From assembly GCA_965203175.1 (NCBI GenBank), contig OZ241867.1, positions 2,720,001-2,784,000 of the forward strand: a DNA stretch of 64,000 nucleotides. Reading direction: 5' to 3'. Both the position numbers and the translations under genes were made by a program. This DNA comes from Candidatus Latescibacterota bacterium (GTDB lineage: Bacteria > Latescibacterota > UBA2968 > UBA8231). Positions within the stretch are counted from its first letter, which is position 1. Every line of letters begins with the position of its first letter. Positions 9,308 to 19,506 of this stretch are shown one piece after another. The notes under the pieces were generated by a model that made no database searches, was not told the origin of the DNA, and saw only the letters and a list, made by a program, of their open reading frames with translations.

Positions 9308-9509
9308 AGACGGCACTGCGGCGTGGCACCGTAGCGAGCCTATAAATATAACGGGATGTTGAGACATAATCGAATTTTCTCTTATTTGGAGCATGGATAT
9401 GGGCTCACTTCGCGTGGAAGAGGGAGTTCTTCCGTCGCTATACTCGACAGACCGCCCTCGCAAGGCGATATTGAGCGCGGCACATCTTTTTCTCGACAAG
9501 GAGCAACAC

Positions 9510-11117
9510 ATGAGTAGGGTAGATCAGATCGGCTGGCACGCCCAGAGCAAGACCGGCGTCATTGCGGCTGGTGGTGCCGGTGCCGTAGCCGCTGGTATTG
9601 AAATCCTCGGCCAAGGCGGCAATGCGGCCGATGCCGCAGCTGGCGCGATTCTCGCGCTCAACGTCACCGATCACGGGGCCTGTTCCATCGGCGGGGAAGT
9701 GCCGGTGCTCGTCTGGGACGGGAACGCGGTCAAGTCGTTGTCCGGTCAGGGGCGCGCGCCGCTGTCGCCGGAGGCCATTGCTTGGTACATGGAACACGGC
9801 ATCCCGGACCGCGACATCAAGATGGCTCCGGTGCCCTCGGTCGTGGATTTGTGCATTACCCTCTTGCAGCACTACGGCACGCAGAGCTTTGCCGCGATTG
9901 TCGCGCCGACCTTGGCCCTGCTCGACGCAGGCGAGGAAGCGTGGCACCCCGACTTGGCGCGGATGCTGCGGCGCATGGTGGAGGAGGAACACCGCGCCAC
10001 TGGCAATCGCCAAGAGAAGCTGCAAGCGGCCTGCGATCACTTCTATGGCCGCCGCGCCGAACACGGCGATATAGCTGAGGACTTGGAGGCGTTCTACGTG
10101 GAGCAGGGCGGGTTCTTGCGCCGCGCGGATCTGGCCGCCCATAGGACTTTGATCGAAGAGCCGGTGGCAGTCGATTACCGGGGGTACCAAGTGTATAAGT
10201 GCGGCCCGTGGACCCAAGGCCCCTATCTGTGTCAGGCTCTGCGGCTGCTCGAAGGATTTGATCTCAAAAGCATGGGGCATTGCTCGGCCGATTACGTCCA
10301 CGCGGTCGTCGAAGCGATGAAGCTGGCCATGGCCGACCGCGACGCGCACTACGGCGATCCCCTGTTTGTGGACGTGCCCATGAATGCCTTGCTGTCCGAC
10401 GAATATACCCAGCTCCGGCGACCCTTGATCGACATGGAGCAAGCCGCGCTGGACGCCCGCCCTGGCGACCCACTCGGCATGAAGGCATTGCAGGAGGGAG
10501 GCGTGTTCCAGCCCAGCATCGGCGGAACCACCACGTGCGTAGTGGCCGATCGCTGGGGCATGGTCGTATCGGCCACGCCGAGCGCGAATGTCTATCACGC
10601 TGGCGGCACCGGCAGCACGGGTGTCTCGTATGGCAACCGTCTGCGCAGCCTCAACACAACGCCCGGACACCCCAATTGCATCGCGCCGGGCAAGCGGCCC
10701 CGCATCACCCTGACCCCCACGCTGGTGCTCAAAGACGGTGCGCCTGTGTTGGCTATCAGCGTGGCTGGCGGCGACCTGCAAGATCAGGCGACCTTGAACC
10801 TCTTGCTCGACTTTGTGGAGTTTGGGATGCAGCCGGCCGAAGCAGTTGTTGCACCGCGCTTTGCCACGGACCACCACGAGGACTCGTTTGATCCCAACCC
10901 AGTGCGCGAACAGACGTTCATCCAGGCTGGCTCGCTGGCCATCAACTCGGCCGTCGATGCAGAGGTGCGGGACGAACTGGCGCGGCGCGGCCACCAAGTC
11001 GAGGCCCGCAACGGTCCCATCGCCACCCCGGTCATGTTGTGGGCCGATGAGGGCATGTACTACGCGGCTGGCGATCCGGCTGCGGGCCGTCACGCAGCAG
11101 GACTAGATGGGGACTAG
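9510..11117 (+). CDS. Gamma-glutamyltransferase family Ntn hydrolase, no signal peptide
   Basis: GGNAADAA, GPWTQG, KLAMADRD, Thr nucleophile at GGTTTCVVAD, PGKRPRITLTP, GGDLQDQ; AAGGAG RBS before ATG 9510. Confidence 0.88.
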   Translation: MSRVDQIGWHAQSKTGVIAAGGAGAVAAGIEILGQGGNAADAAAGAILALNVTDHGACSIGGEVPVLVWDGNAVKSLSGQGRAPLSPEAIAWYMEHGIPDRDIKMAPVPSVVDLCITLLQHYGTQSFAAIVAPTLALLDAGEEAWHPDLARMLRRMVEEEHRATGNRQEKLQAACDHFYGRRAEHGDIAEDLEAFYVEQGGFLRRADLAAHRTLIEEPVAVDYRGYQVYKCGPWTQGPYLCQALRLLEGFDLKSMGHCSADYVHAVVEAMKLAMADRDAHYGDPLFVDVPMNALLSDEYTQLRRPLIDMEQAALDARPGDPLGMKALQEGGVFQPSIGGTTTCVVADRWGMVVSATPSANVYHAGGTGSTGVSYGNRLRSLNTTPGHPNCIAPGKRPRITLTPTLVLKDGAPVLAISVAGGDLQDQATLNLLLDFVEFGMQPAEAVVAPRFATDHHEDSFDPNPVREQTFIQAGSLAINSAVDAEVRDELARRGHQVEARNGPIATPVMLWADEGMYYAAGDPAAGRHAAGLDGD

Positions 11118-11202
11118 CGCGGCGGAATTGCGACTGTGGGGCATTGGAGCCATATTGTCCGCGTTTAATTCCCGATAAAATCGCCTCTGAAGCTGGCTTT
11201 TG

Positions 11203-13200
11203 ATGACGTCGCCGACTGCGGCTCCTACATATCGAGAAGAGCATACTCGCCAAGGTGCGGCTAGCGGTCTTACGCTCCGCTCCTTGGTGCTCGGCGTCAT
11301 CCAAGTCCTCATGGTGTGTTTGGGCGCGCCCTATGCCATTTGGGTCTTGGGGTCGTCCGAGATCACGTGGTCGTTCTTTCCGATTGCCGTCGGCTTCTCG
11401 TTCTGCTGCCTCCTCCTGCTCAACATCCTGCTCAAGACGATCAATCCCGACTGGGCCTTGCGGCCGGCCGAGATGATTACGGTCGTCGTCATGGGCTTGG
11501 TGACGACCGGCATTCCCATTTTTATGATGGGCTACGTGCTGTCGATCCCGACTACACCCTACTACTTTGCCTCGGCTGAAAACCAGTGGGGCACGTACGT
11601 CTTGCCCTACCTGCCGGAGTGGCTGTTGCCGAGTAATGACGGCTTGGCCATGACTTGGTTTTTCGAAGGGCTGCCCATAGGTGAACCAATGCCTTGGGGC
11701 ACCCTGCTCGATGCGTGGGCCATGCCGCTGTTTTGGTGGCTGAGCTTTATATGGACTTTGTACGCGGTCTGTTTTTGCCTCGTCGTCATATTGCGCAAGC
11801 AGTGGGTCGAGCGCGAGCGGCTGGCCTATCCGCTGATGGAGGTGCCGCAAGCCCTGGTGGCGGACGCCGATGGCCCTGCGCGCGTGCCGGCTGTCTTGCG
11901 CAACAAGGTCTTTTGGATGGGGGCGGCGATTCCCCTGTGCATTGTCTTGTGGAACATTGTCGGCTTTTTCTTCCACTTCTTTCCCAAGATCGAATGGCAC
12001 CATCCCATTCAAATAGCGCACGGCTTTCCGACCATTAACATCCGCTTCTACTTTCCAGTTGTTGGCTTCATGTATTTCGCCAACCTCAACGTCACCTTCA
12101 GCATCTGGTTTTTCTATTTGCTGCTGTTGGTCGAAGAGGGGCTGTTTAACCGCTTTGGCGTTGGTGTGACCGAAGCCGACAACTTCGTATGGGGCTTGCC
12201 TTCGACATCTTGGCAGTGTTGGGGGGCGTTTGTGGTGCTGGTGTTGTGGGGGCTGTGGATGGCGCGCGATCACCTAAAAGACGTGGCGTGCAAAGCTTGG
12301 AATCCCGCCCATCCGGTTGACGACAGCCGCGAGCTGATGTCCTATCGCAGTGCGGTCGTCGGCCTGTTGGTCGGGGTCATCTACATGCTGGCATGGCTCA
12401 ACAAGGCTGGCATGGAAATGCCGGTGGCGGCGTTTTTTTTAGGCGGCGTGCTGATTGCCTACTTGGGCATTACCCGCTTGGTGGTGCAGGCTGGCGTCTT
12501 CTACCTGACGACGCCCGTGGTCAGCCAAGCCATGACCATGATGACCTTTGGCACAAGTGCGATTTCGCCGACGGGCTTGGCGGCTCTGGGGATGAGTTAT
12601 GGGTTCTTCAGCGATGTGCAGTCGATTTTTATGCCGTCGGCTGCGCATGCCACTCGGCTGCACGATGCCATGCGCATGAGCCGCCGCGGCCTGTGTTTGG
12701 CCATTGCGCTAGCCCTCTTGATTGGATTTATCGCCGCCATTGTGTACGTCATTGTCATGGCCTACGAGCAGGGGGCTTCCAACTTCAACTCTTGGTTTTT
12801 CCGCGTCTCCTCGGGTGCGGGGGTGCGCGCCTTTGACGACGCTATGAGCAAGATAAAAACTCCGGCCGATTTCCACGCGCAAAAGTTAGGCTTCTTCGGC
12901 ATCGGCGCGGCGGCGATGTCCGTTTTGACGTTTATGCAGTATCGCTTCCCGTGGTGGCCCCTGCACCCGGTGGGCTTGGCCATCTCCGCGATCTGGATGG
13001 TGCGCAACCAAGCGCCGGCGATTTTTGTGTCTTGGGCAGCCAAGAGCCTGATCATGCGCTTTGGCGGCATTGAGCTATACCGCAAGGCGGCACCCTTCTT
13101 TATCGGCTTGATTCTCGGGCACTTCTTTGGGATAGGGATCTCGTTTATCGTCGATATGATTTTCTTTCCCGGCAACGGCCATCCCGTTCTCCACGGCTGA
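11203..13200 (+). CDS. Polytopic membrane protein, DUF6785/DUF6784-like (OPT-like transporter), copy 1
   Basis: Many TM helices; LRKQWVERERLAYPL, RFPWWPLHPVG, RFGGIELYRKAAPFFIGLILG. Confidence 0.75.
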   Translation: MTSPTAAPTYREEHTRQGAASGLTLRSLVLGVIQVLMVCLGAPYAIWVLGSSEITWSFFPIAVGFSFCCLLLLNILLKTINPDWALRPAEMITVVVMGLVTTGIPIFMMGYVLSIPTTPYYFASAENQWGTYVLPYLPEWLLPSNDGLAMTWFFEGLPIGEPMPWGTLLDAWAMPLFWWLSFIWTLYAVCFCLVVILRKQWVERERLAYPLMEVPQALVADADGPARVPAVLRNKVFWMGAAIPLCIVLWNIVGFFFHFFPKIEWHHPIQIAHGFPTINIRFYFPVVGFMYFANLNVTFSIWFFYLLLLVEEGLFNRFGVGVTEADNFVWGLPSTSWQCWGAFVVLVLWGLWMARDHLKDVACKAWNPAHPVDDSRELMSYRSAVVGLLVGVIYMLAWLNKAGMEMPVAAFFLGGVLIAYLGITRLVVQAGVFYLTTPVVSQAMTMMTFGTSAISPTGLAALGMSYGFFSDVQSIFMPSAAHATRLHDAMRMSRRGLCLAIALALLIGFIAAIVYVIVMAYEQGASNFNSWFFRVSSGAGVRAFDDAMSKIKTPADFHAQKLGFFGIGAAAMSVLTFMQYRFPWWPLHPVGLAISAIWMVRNQAPAIFVSWAAKSLIMRFGGIELYRKAAPFFIGLILGHFFGIGISFIVDMIFFPGNGHPVLHG

Positions 13201-13207
13201 GACCGCG

Positions 13208-15175
13208 TTGTCAACCTATCCCGCACAGCAAGAGGGTACAGGCATCACCGTGCGCTCCTTGCTCGTGGGTTGCGCCGTGGTCGTGCTGATCAGCTTGGGG
13301 GCACCGCACTCCATCTGGACGTTTGGCTCGTCCGAGATGACGTGGTCGTTCTTTCCAATCGGGGTGGGCTTTCTCTTTGTCTGCCTCATCTTCGCCAACG
13401 CCCTGCTGAAGACCCTCAACCTTAGCTGGGCACTGCGTCCCGCCGAGCTGATCACCATTGTCGTCATGGGATTGGTCTGCACCGGCATCCCAGTTTTCCT
13501 CATCGGCTACTTTCTAGCTATACCGACAACGCCGTATTACTTTGCGTCCGCGGAGAATCAGTGGGGCACGTACGTGTTGCCCTACCTGCCCGCTTGGTTG
13601 CTGCCGTCCAACGACGGCTTGGCCATGACTTGGTTCTTCGAGGGCCTGCCCATCGGTGAACCCACTCCTTGGGGCACCTTGCTCGCCGCTTGGGCCATGC
13701 CGCTGTTTTGGTGGCTGAGCTTTTTATGGACTTTGTACCTGGTCTGCTTCTGCGTGGTGGTCATCCTCCGCAAGCAGTGGGTCGAGCGCGAGCGGCTGGC
13801 CTATCCGCTAATGGAAGTGCCGCAAGCCCTCGTCGCCAACGCCGATAGCTCCCGCCGACTGCCAGCGGTCATGTACAGCAAAGTTTTCTGGGCAGGTGCG
13901 GCTATTCCGCTTGGCATTGTCTTGTGGAATATCGTCGGCTTTTTCTTTCACTTCTTTCCCAAGATCGAGTGGCACCATCCCGTCCAAATAGCGCACGGTT
14001 TTCCGACCATTAACATCCGCTTTTACTTCCCGGTCATCGGCTTTATGTACTTTGCCAATCTCAATGTGACCTTTAGCATCTGGTTTTTCTTTTTGCTGAC
14101 GCTGATCGAGGAGGGTTTGTTCAACCGCTTTGGCCTCGGCGTCACTGAGGCGGATAAATTCGTTTGGGGACTGCCATCGACATCGTGGCAGTGCTGGGGG
14201 GCGTTTGTGGTGTTGGTGCTGTGGGGATTGTGGATGGCGCGCGACCACCTCAAGGACGTGATCCGCAAGGCGTGGAATCCAGCTTACCCGATTGACGACC
14301 GCCGCGAGTTGATGTCCTATCGCGCCGCCGTGCTGGGCCTCTTGTTGGGTGTTTTCTTCATGCTAACTTGGCTGCACGAGGCTGGCATGGAGTGGTTGGT
14401 GGCGATGCTCTTTTTGGCTGGCGTCCTCATCGCCTATTTGGGCATTACGCGTTTAGTGGTCCAGACGGGCGTGTTCTATCTGACCACGCCCGTCGTCAGT
14501 CAGGCGATGACGATGATGACGCTGGGCACCAGCGCCATTTCGTCGACGGGTTTGGCGGCCTTGGGATTGACCTATTCCTTTTTCGGCGACGTGCAGTCCA
14601 TCTTCATGCCTTCGGCCGCGCACGCCGCCAAGTTGCAAAGCAGCTTGCGCATTGCCCGCCGCGGCTTTGTCTTGGCCATCGCCTTGGCCGTGGTGCTTTC
14701 CTTTGCGGTTTCCCTGACCAATCTCATCTCCATGGCCTACGAACAGGGGGCTTCCAACTTCAACTCTTGGATCTTCCGCGTCTCCTCGGGCGCAGGCGTG
14801 ATGGCCTTTGGCGATGTGATGGCCAAGATCAAGGCTCCGGCCGATTTCCACGCGCAAAAGTTAGGCTTTTTCGGCATTGGTGCGGCGGCGATGTCCGTTT
14901 TGACGTTTATGCAGTATCGCTTCCCATGGTGGCCCCTGCACCCGGTGGGCTTGGCCATCTCCGCGATCTGGATGGTGCGCAACCAAGCGCCGGCGATCTT
15001 CGTGGCATGGGCAACCAAAAGTCTGATCATGCGCTTTGGCGGCATCGAGCTGTACCGCAAGGCCGCGCCCTTTTTCATCGGCCTAATCGCGGGCTACTTT
15101 CTCGGTGTCGGCCTTTCCTTTCTCGTCGATGTGGCTTTCTTCCCAGGCAATGGGCATCCGATTCTGCACGGTTGA
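13208..15175 (+). CDS. DUF6785/DUF6784-like membrane protein, copy 2 (tandem paralogue)
   Basis: Colinear with copy 1, with long identical peptide stretches; offset 1975 bp. Confidence 0.75.
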   Translation: MSTYPAQQEGTGITVRSLLVGCAVVVLISLGAPHSIWTFGSSEMTWSFFPIGVGFLFVCLIFANALLKTLNLSWALRPAELITIVVMGLVCTGIPVFLIGYFLAIPTTPYYFASAENQWGTYVLPYLPAWLLPSNDGLAMTWFFEGLPIGEPTPWGTLLAAWAMPLFWWLSFLWTLYLVCFCVVVILRKQWVERERLAYPLMEVPQALVANADSSRRLPAVMYSKVFWAGAAIPLGIVLWNIVGFFFHFFPKIEWHHPVQIAHGFPTINIRFYFPVIGFMYFANLNVTFSIWFFFLLTLIEEGLFNRFGLGVTEADKFVWGLPSTSWQCWGAFVVLVLWGLWMARDHLKDVIRKAWNPAYPIDDRRELMSYRAAVLGLLLGVFFMLTWLHEAGMEWLVAMLFLAGVLIAYLGITRLVVQTGVFYLTTPVVSQAMTMMTLGTSAISSTGLAALGLTYSFFGDVQSIFMPSAAHAAKLQSSLRIARRGFVLAIALAVVLSFAVSLTNLISMAYEQGASNFNSWIFRVSSGAGVMAFGDVMAKIKAPADFHAQKLGFFGIGAAAMSVLTFMQYRFPWWPLHPVGLAISAIWMVRNQAPAIFVAWATKSLIMRFGGIELYRKAAPFFIGLIAGYFLGVGLSFLVDVAFFPGNGHPILHG

Positions 15176-15261
15176 GGAATTTTGTATTTAATGCGATTTC
15201 GACGTCGGTCTATTTACTTTGCGATTTGACGACTTCATCCAGTCAGACAAAAAGGACACAT

Positions 15262-17748
15262 ATGAAAAACCACCAGAGCTTACTTACGGCCGCGCATATA
15301 GTGATCACGGCGTTCCTTTTGGCTGTCCATCCAACATTTGTTGCTGCGGATGCCTCCCATCCCAGCGACCCCTACTTCGCCCTCGACCGCGTACTCGACG
15401 TAAGCATTGAGATAGCACCCGAGGATTGGAAGCGCCTGCGCGGCCAGACGCGGACCTTTGCGGATATATTCGCCGGTGCCGACTGCCTCGACAGCCCTAC
15501 GGATGATATCTTCACTTGGTTTGAGGCGACCGTAACTGTGGATGGTGAAACTCTCACCCGAGTCGGCGTTCGCAAAAAGGGGTTCTTAGGATCGCTGAGT
15601 AAGGTGAAACCCGCGCTCAAGGTCCGCTTTGACAAGTTCGTCGACGGTCAGCTCCTCGGCGGCGCGATGAAGCGCTTGACCCTGAACAATGCCCAGCAAG
15701 ACCCGTCGCTGATCAATACCTGCATGGCCTACCACATCTTTGCTGCCGCCGGCCTGCCAGCGCCGCGCTGCAACTTTGCCACCGTTGCAGTAAATGGAGA
15801 AAACTTGGGCTTGTACGCACACGTCGAGAGCATGAAAACTGCCTTTTTGGAGCGCAATTTCTCCGATCCAAGCGGCAATCTCTACGAGGGTACCGTCAGC
15901 GACTTTCGTCCCAAATGGCGCGGTACTTTGCAAAAGAAAACCAACGAGGAAGAAGCAGACTGGTCGGATATCGACGCAGTCGTCGCCGCGCTGCAAGACC
16001 CCTCCCCGGCCGGCCTCGCAGCCCTGGCCGACATCATCGACATCAACCGCTTCCTCACCTTTTGGGCGACGGAAGTGCTCATCGGGCATTGGGATGGATA
16101 TGCTGGCAACCGCAATAACTTCTACGTGTATCGCGAGCCGGATGCGCCTTTTGTGTTCATACCTTGGGGTGCAGATCAAGTTTTTACCTCGATCGATGGT
16201 CCCTTCGACGATTTTGTGTCGCCGCCTTCAGTGACGGCGCACGGGGCCATCGCCCACCGTTTATACCGCGACGACGCGATGCGAGCCGCCTATGTAGCTC
16301 GCCTTAAGCAACTGCTCGACACAGTCTGGAACGAAGAAGAACTGCTCGACCTCGCCGACGAGATGGCAGCGATTGTCCAGCAACACGGGCTGGCCAAAAG
16401 GCGCGCCCGTGCCGCACGCGACGCAGACCGAGTGCGCCAGTTCATCCGCGAGCGTCGAGCGGTGATTTTGGCCGATCTCGACCCAGAGCCGGCTGCTTGG
16501 CCTTGGCCGCTGGCCTCGGCCGACATTTGCTGGCCGGAAAGAGGCGCGTTTGATCTGCGCTTTGAGACGACATGGGGATCGAGTGAGAGTGAAAATCCGC
16601 TGGGGGAAGGGACGGTCGCGTTCAGCAATTATCAGCTAGGGGGAAAAGAGCAGGGCTTTGATCTTTCGGGAGCCATAGCCGGCTTCGCAGAGGACGACGG
16701 ACTCACGGACAAAAACAGGGCGTCTGTATCCATTATCAGCCTTGGGAAAGACTTTGCCATAGATGTTCTCACCGTTTCGCTGCCGATTGACTGGGTGGAG
16801 AGCGGTGCCAACTTGCCCATCGACATGAAGGCAGTCACGGCCTACCGCGTGTCGTTGCCGTCTCCTGATAGTTTCCCGGACCAGTTTGAACTAATAGCCA
16901 AGGGAGGGATTGAATTCAGCGAGGCGAGTACGGAGCCGGGTGCAAAAATTTCGGGTCGGTTTTACGGCACCTTATTCAGCTTTGGCGGGGGAGAGGATGC
17001 GGCGTCAGAAGCTGGCGACGCAGAAGCCGGGACAGAGTTCGGACTGGTTATCAACGAGGTCGCCGCGCAAGGCGATCCCCTCGATTGGTTTGAACTCTAC
17101 AATGCCTCGGATGAGTCGATAGATCTAGCGGACTTTGTAATGGCCGACGATCTGACGGACGAGGATAAGCGCACTCCCTTTCCGGACGGCACGGTCATCG
17201 CGGCGGGTGAGTTTCTACAGATCGAGTTGGATAAAGATGGGTGGCCCGGCTTTGCCCTCGGCCGCGACGAAGAGCTGGGCATCTGGACGGCAGACGGCAC
17301 CTTGGTCGCTCAAGTCGATTGGGAAAAGGGACAGGCCGATGAGGGAACGAGTTGGGCGCGCTTGCCCGACATTACGGGCGATTTTCAGACCGTAGATACT
17401 CCTACACCCGGTGCTCCGAATGAGATCCCGACGGCGATTGCCGAGCAGACCGCCGGAGTGCCCGAGGCGTTTCGGTTGCATGGCAACTGGCCCAATCCAT
17501 TCAACGCCAGCACGACTGTTGCCTTTGACGTGTCAGGGACTGTACCTGTGCATCTAGTTGTGTACGACGTGCTCGGCCGCCGAGTCCGCACCCTGTACAG
17601 TGGGGAACTGCTGACGGCCGGCCACTATCGCACTTCTTGGAACGGTCGCGATGACGAGGGGCGGTCGGCTGCCAGTGGCGTCTATCTGTACCAACTCATC
17701 GCTGGAGAGGACTTTACTGCGGTGGGGCGGATGGCCTTGGTCCGCTAG
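15262..17748 (+). CDS. Secreted CotH-family kinase with lamin-tail domain and T9SS/FlgD-type C-terminal domain
   Basis: Signal peptide; VGVRKKG, LTLNNAQQDPS, GLPAPRC, HWDGYAGNRNNFY, FIPWGAD; LTD VINEVAA...DWFELYN...PTPGAPN; CTD GNWPNPFN...VYDVLGRRV...WNGRD...ASGVYLY. Confidence 0.85.
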   Translation: MKNHQSLLTAAHIVITAFLLAVHPTFVAADASHPSDPYFALDRVLDVSIEIAPEDWKRLRGQTRTFADIFAGADCLDSPTDDIFTWFEATVTVDGETLTRVGVRKKGFLGSLSKVKPALKVRFDKFVDGQLLGGAMKRLTLNNAQQDPSLINTCMAYHIFAAAGLPAPRCNFATVAVNGENLGLYAHVESMKTAFLERNFSDPSGNLYEGTVSDFRPKWRGTLQKKTNEEEADWSDIDAVVAALQDPSPAGLAALADIIDINRFLTFWATEVLIGHWDGYAGNRNNFYVYREPDAPFVFIPWGADQVFTSIDGPFDDFVSPPSVTAHGAIAHRLYRDDAMRAAYVARLKQLLDTVWNEEELLDLADEMAAIVQQHGLAKRRARAARDADRVRQFIRERRAVILADLDPEPAAWPWPLASADICWPERGAFDLRFETTWGSSESENPLGEGTVAFSNYQLGGKEQGFDLSGAIAGFAEDDGLTDKNRASVSIISLGKDFAIDVLTVSLPIDWVESGANLPIDMKAVTAYRVSLPSPDSFPDQFELIAKGGIEFSEASTEPGAKISGRFYGTLFSFGGGEDAASEAGDAEAGTEFGLVINEVAAQGDPLDWFELYNASDESIDLADFVMADDLTDEDKRTPFPDGTVIAAGEFLQIELDKDGWPGFALGRDEELGIWTADGTLVAQVDWEKGQADEGTSWARLPDITGDFQTVDTPTPGAPNEIPTAIAEQTAGVPEAFRLHGNWPNPFNASTTVAFDVSGTVPVHLVVYDVLGRRVRTLYSGELLTAGHYRTSWNGRDDEGRSAASGVYLYQLIAGEDFTAVGRMALVR

Positions 17749-17852
17749 GACATCTGCACGAGTAACGCATATCACTAGCGACGGTGTTATAGTAAGCGAC
17801 GCCAGTGATGGTCCTAGCCGGACAACGTGAATTCATTGAGCATGAAAAAATA

Positions 17853-19487
17853 ATGACACGCTCGATTTCTCGTCTGATCTGTATCCTTTTGATTGCCTCG
17901 ACTCAAGCACAAGCCAAAGGGGCCGAGCCGACAATGCCTGCTGCGGAATTTACTTTCGAGCAGTACGAGGTCGTCATCGGCTTGGCGGAACGCCAGACCG
18001 TTTTGACGGGGTTCCTGCTCGGTGGTGCTGTTGCGGACCTTGCCGTGGTGAGCATCGACGAGAACGACGATCGCCGCTTGCACCTCTACGCGTTCGGCGA
18101 CGGTACTTGGATGCCGTTGCTCGACGCAACACTGCGTCCTGAGGTGTTGTTCGTCGACGTGGCCAACATCAGTGGACGCGACCGATTGATTGCGTATGAG
18201 CCCGATCGCTTGAACTGGTTCGATCCCGAATCGGCGACAGAACGCGCGCTAGTGTCAGTGACTTCTAACTTCAATCCACCTCGCCGCGGCGAAATCCCCC
18301 ATGTAGATGTTACTCGGGACGTGAACGGCGATGAGCGCGACGATCTGGTCGTGCCGGACGTCGATGGCTTCTGGGTGTTCATCCAGATGAGCGACGGCGC
18401 GTTTGCCGATCCCGTGCGGATCGGTCCTTCTACCAATATGAGTAGGATCTACGGAGCCGATGGATATCGCTACGGCCCTTGGTCTCAGAGCCGTGTTTAC
18501 GAGATGGACTACAACCGAGATGGTCGCCGCGACCTAGTGTTCTGGAACGCAGACCACTTCGAGGTTCACCTTCAGGACGAGCGTGGGCTGTTTACTCCGC
18601 AGGCGGAGACCTTCACGACCGATGTGGCATTTGACTCTGACAATCTTTCCTCACTCGCCACCGGAGACATGATGGGGAAGGTGCTGCACTCGTTAACCGA
18701 TATGAACGGCGACGAGGTCGCGGACCTAATGACTTTCTCTCTAGAGGGCAGGAATATTTCCAGCAAGCGTTCTACCTATGAGGTGCATTTCGGCACGCCA
18801 ACAGCCGATGGCGGCATTGTGTTTGCGCCGGAGGTCGGAGCCGCGTTTCAGTCTGATGGCAGCATCCAACTCGGGCTGGACCGACACGACTTTGATCGCG
18901 ATGGCCAGGTTGACCTTATGTTGACAACCATCGATCTCGACTTCCTCGAAGGCAGCCTCTGGAAGAGCATCAAGGGGTTCATGGGCGATGACATCTGGTT
19001 GGATCTCGAGTTCTACCACATGGAAGAGGGCCGCTATCCCGATACACCTGATGCCATCCGCAGAATCGCGTTGGACGGTGTGCCCAGTCATCGCGAGCCG
19101 GGGTCGGTGTCCTTGGACATCGTGCTTCGAGGGGCGACGCACGAACGCCGAAGGACACAAAAGAGTTGGCCGCGCGCGTTCAACTCGACTTTGCTCATCG
19201 GGGATGTGACCGGCGACGGCCTCTCCGACCTGCTCATCGGGCAGCATCCGAGGCACTTGGACGTCTTTGTTGGCATGCCGGGACCGGACCTGTTCTCCCA
19301 ACGGCCTCAAGACGTTGCGGTCGCCGTGCCCAACGACGAGGAATACACTTGGCTGGTGGACCTCAACAAGGACGGTAAGCAGGATGTCCTCATGCATCAC
19401 CCGTTCACGCTACGAGATGCTCACGGAGCCCGGAGACTGCCGCTGGGAACCGAGCCGCATCGGGTGACGGTGCTGATCGCCCGATGA
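17853..19487 (+). CDS. Secreted FG-GAP/VCBS repeat protein
   Basis: Signal peptide; repeats DVNGDERDDL, DYNRDGRRDL, DMNGDEVADL, DFDRDGQVDL, DVTGDGLSDL, DLNKDGKQDV. Confidence 0.8.
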   Translation: MTRSISRLICILLIASTQAQAKGAEPTMPAAEFTFEQYEVVIGLAERQTVLTGFLLGGAVADLAVVSIDENDDRRLHLYAFGDGTWMPLLDATLRPEVLFVDVANISGRDRLIAYEPDRLNWFDPESATERALVSVTSNFNPPRRGEIPHVDVTRDVNGDERDDLVVPDVDGFWVFIQMSDGAFADPVRIGPSTNMSRIYGADGYRYGPWSQSRVYEMDYNRDGRRDLVFWNADHFEVHLQDERGLFTPQAETFTTDVAFDSDNLSSLATGDMMGKVLHSLTDMNGDEVADLMTFSLEGRNISSKRSTYEVHFGTPTADGGIVFAPEVGAAFQSDGSIQLGLDRHDFDRDGQVDLMLTTIDLDFLEGSLWKSIKGFMGDDIWLDLEFYHMEEGRYPDTPDAIRRIALDGVPSHREPGSVSLDIVLRGATHERRRTQKSWPRAFNSTLLIGDVTGDGLSDLLIGQHPRHLDVFVGMPGPDLFSQRPQDVAVAVPNDEEYTWLVDLNKDGKQDVLMHHPFTLRDAHGARRLPLGTEPHRVTVLIAR

Positions 19488-19506
19488 GCAAAAGAGAGCT
19501 TACTCA

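Noticed and set aside
9438-11093. 551-aa minus-strand ORF and many similar long antisense ORFs across the window
   Set aside because: Shadows of well-supported genes, expected from high-GC codon bias.
14368-15261. N-terminal 298 aa of the 1126-aa ORF, suggesting a giant fusion
   Set aside because: It overlaps the DUF6785 copy 2 gene in another frame; the real start is ATG 15262, with an AAGGA RBS and signal peptide.
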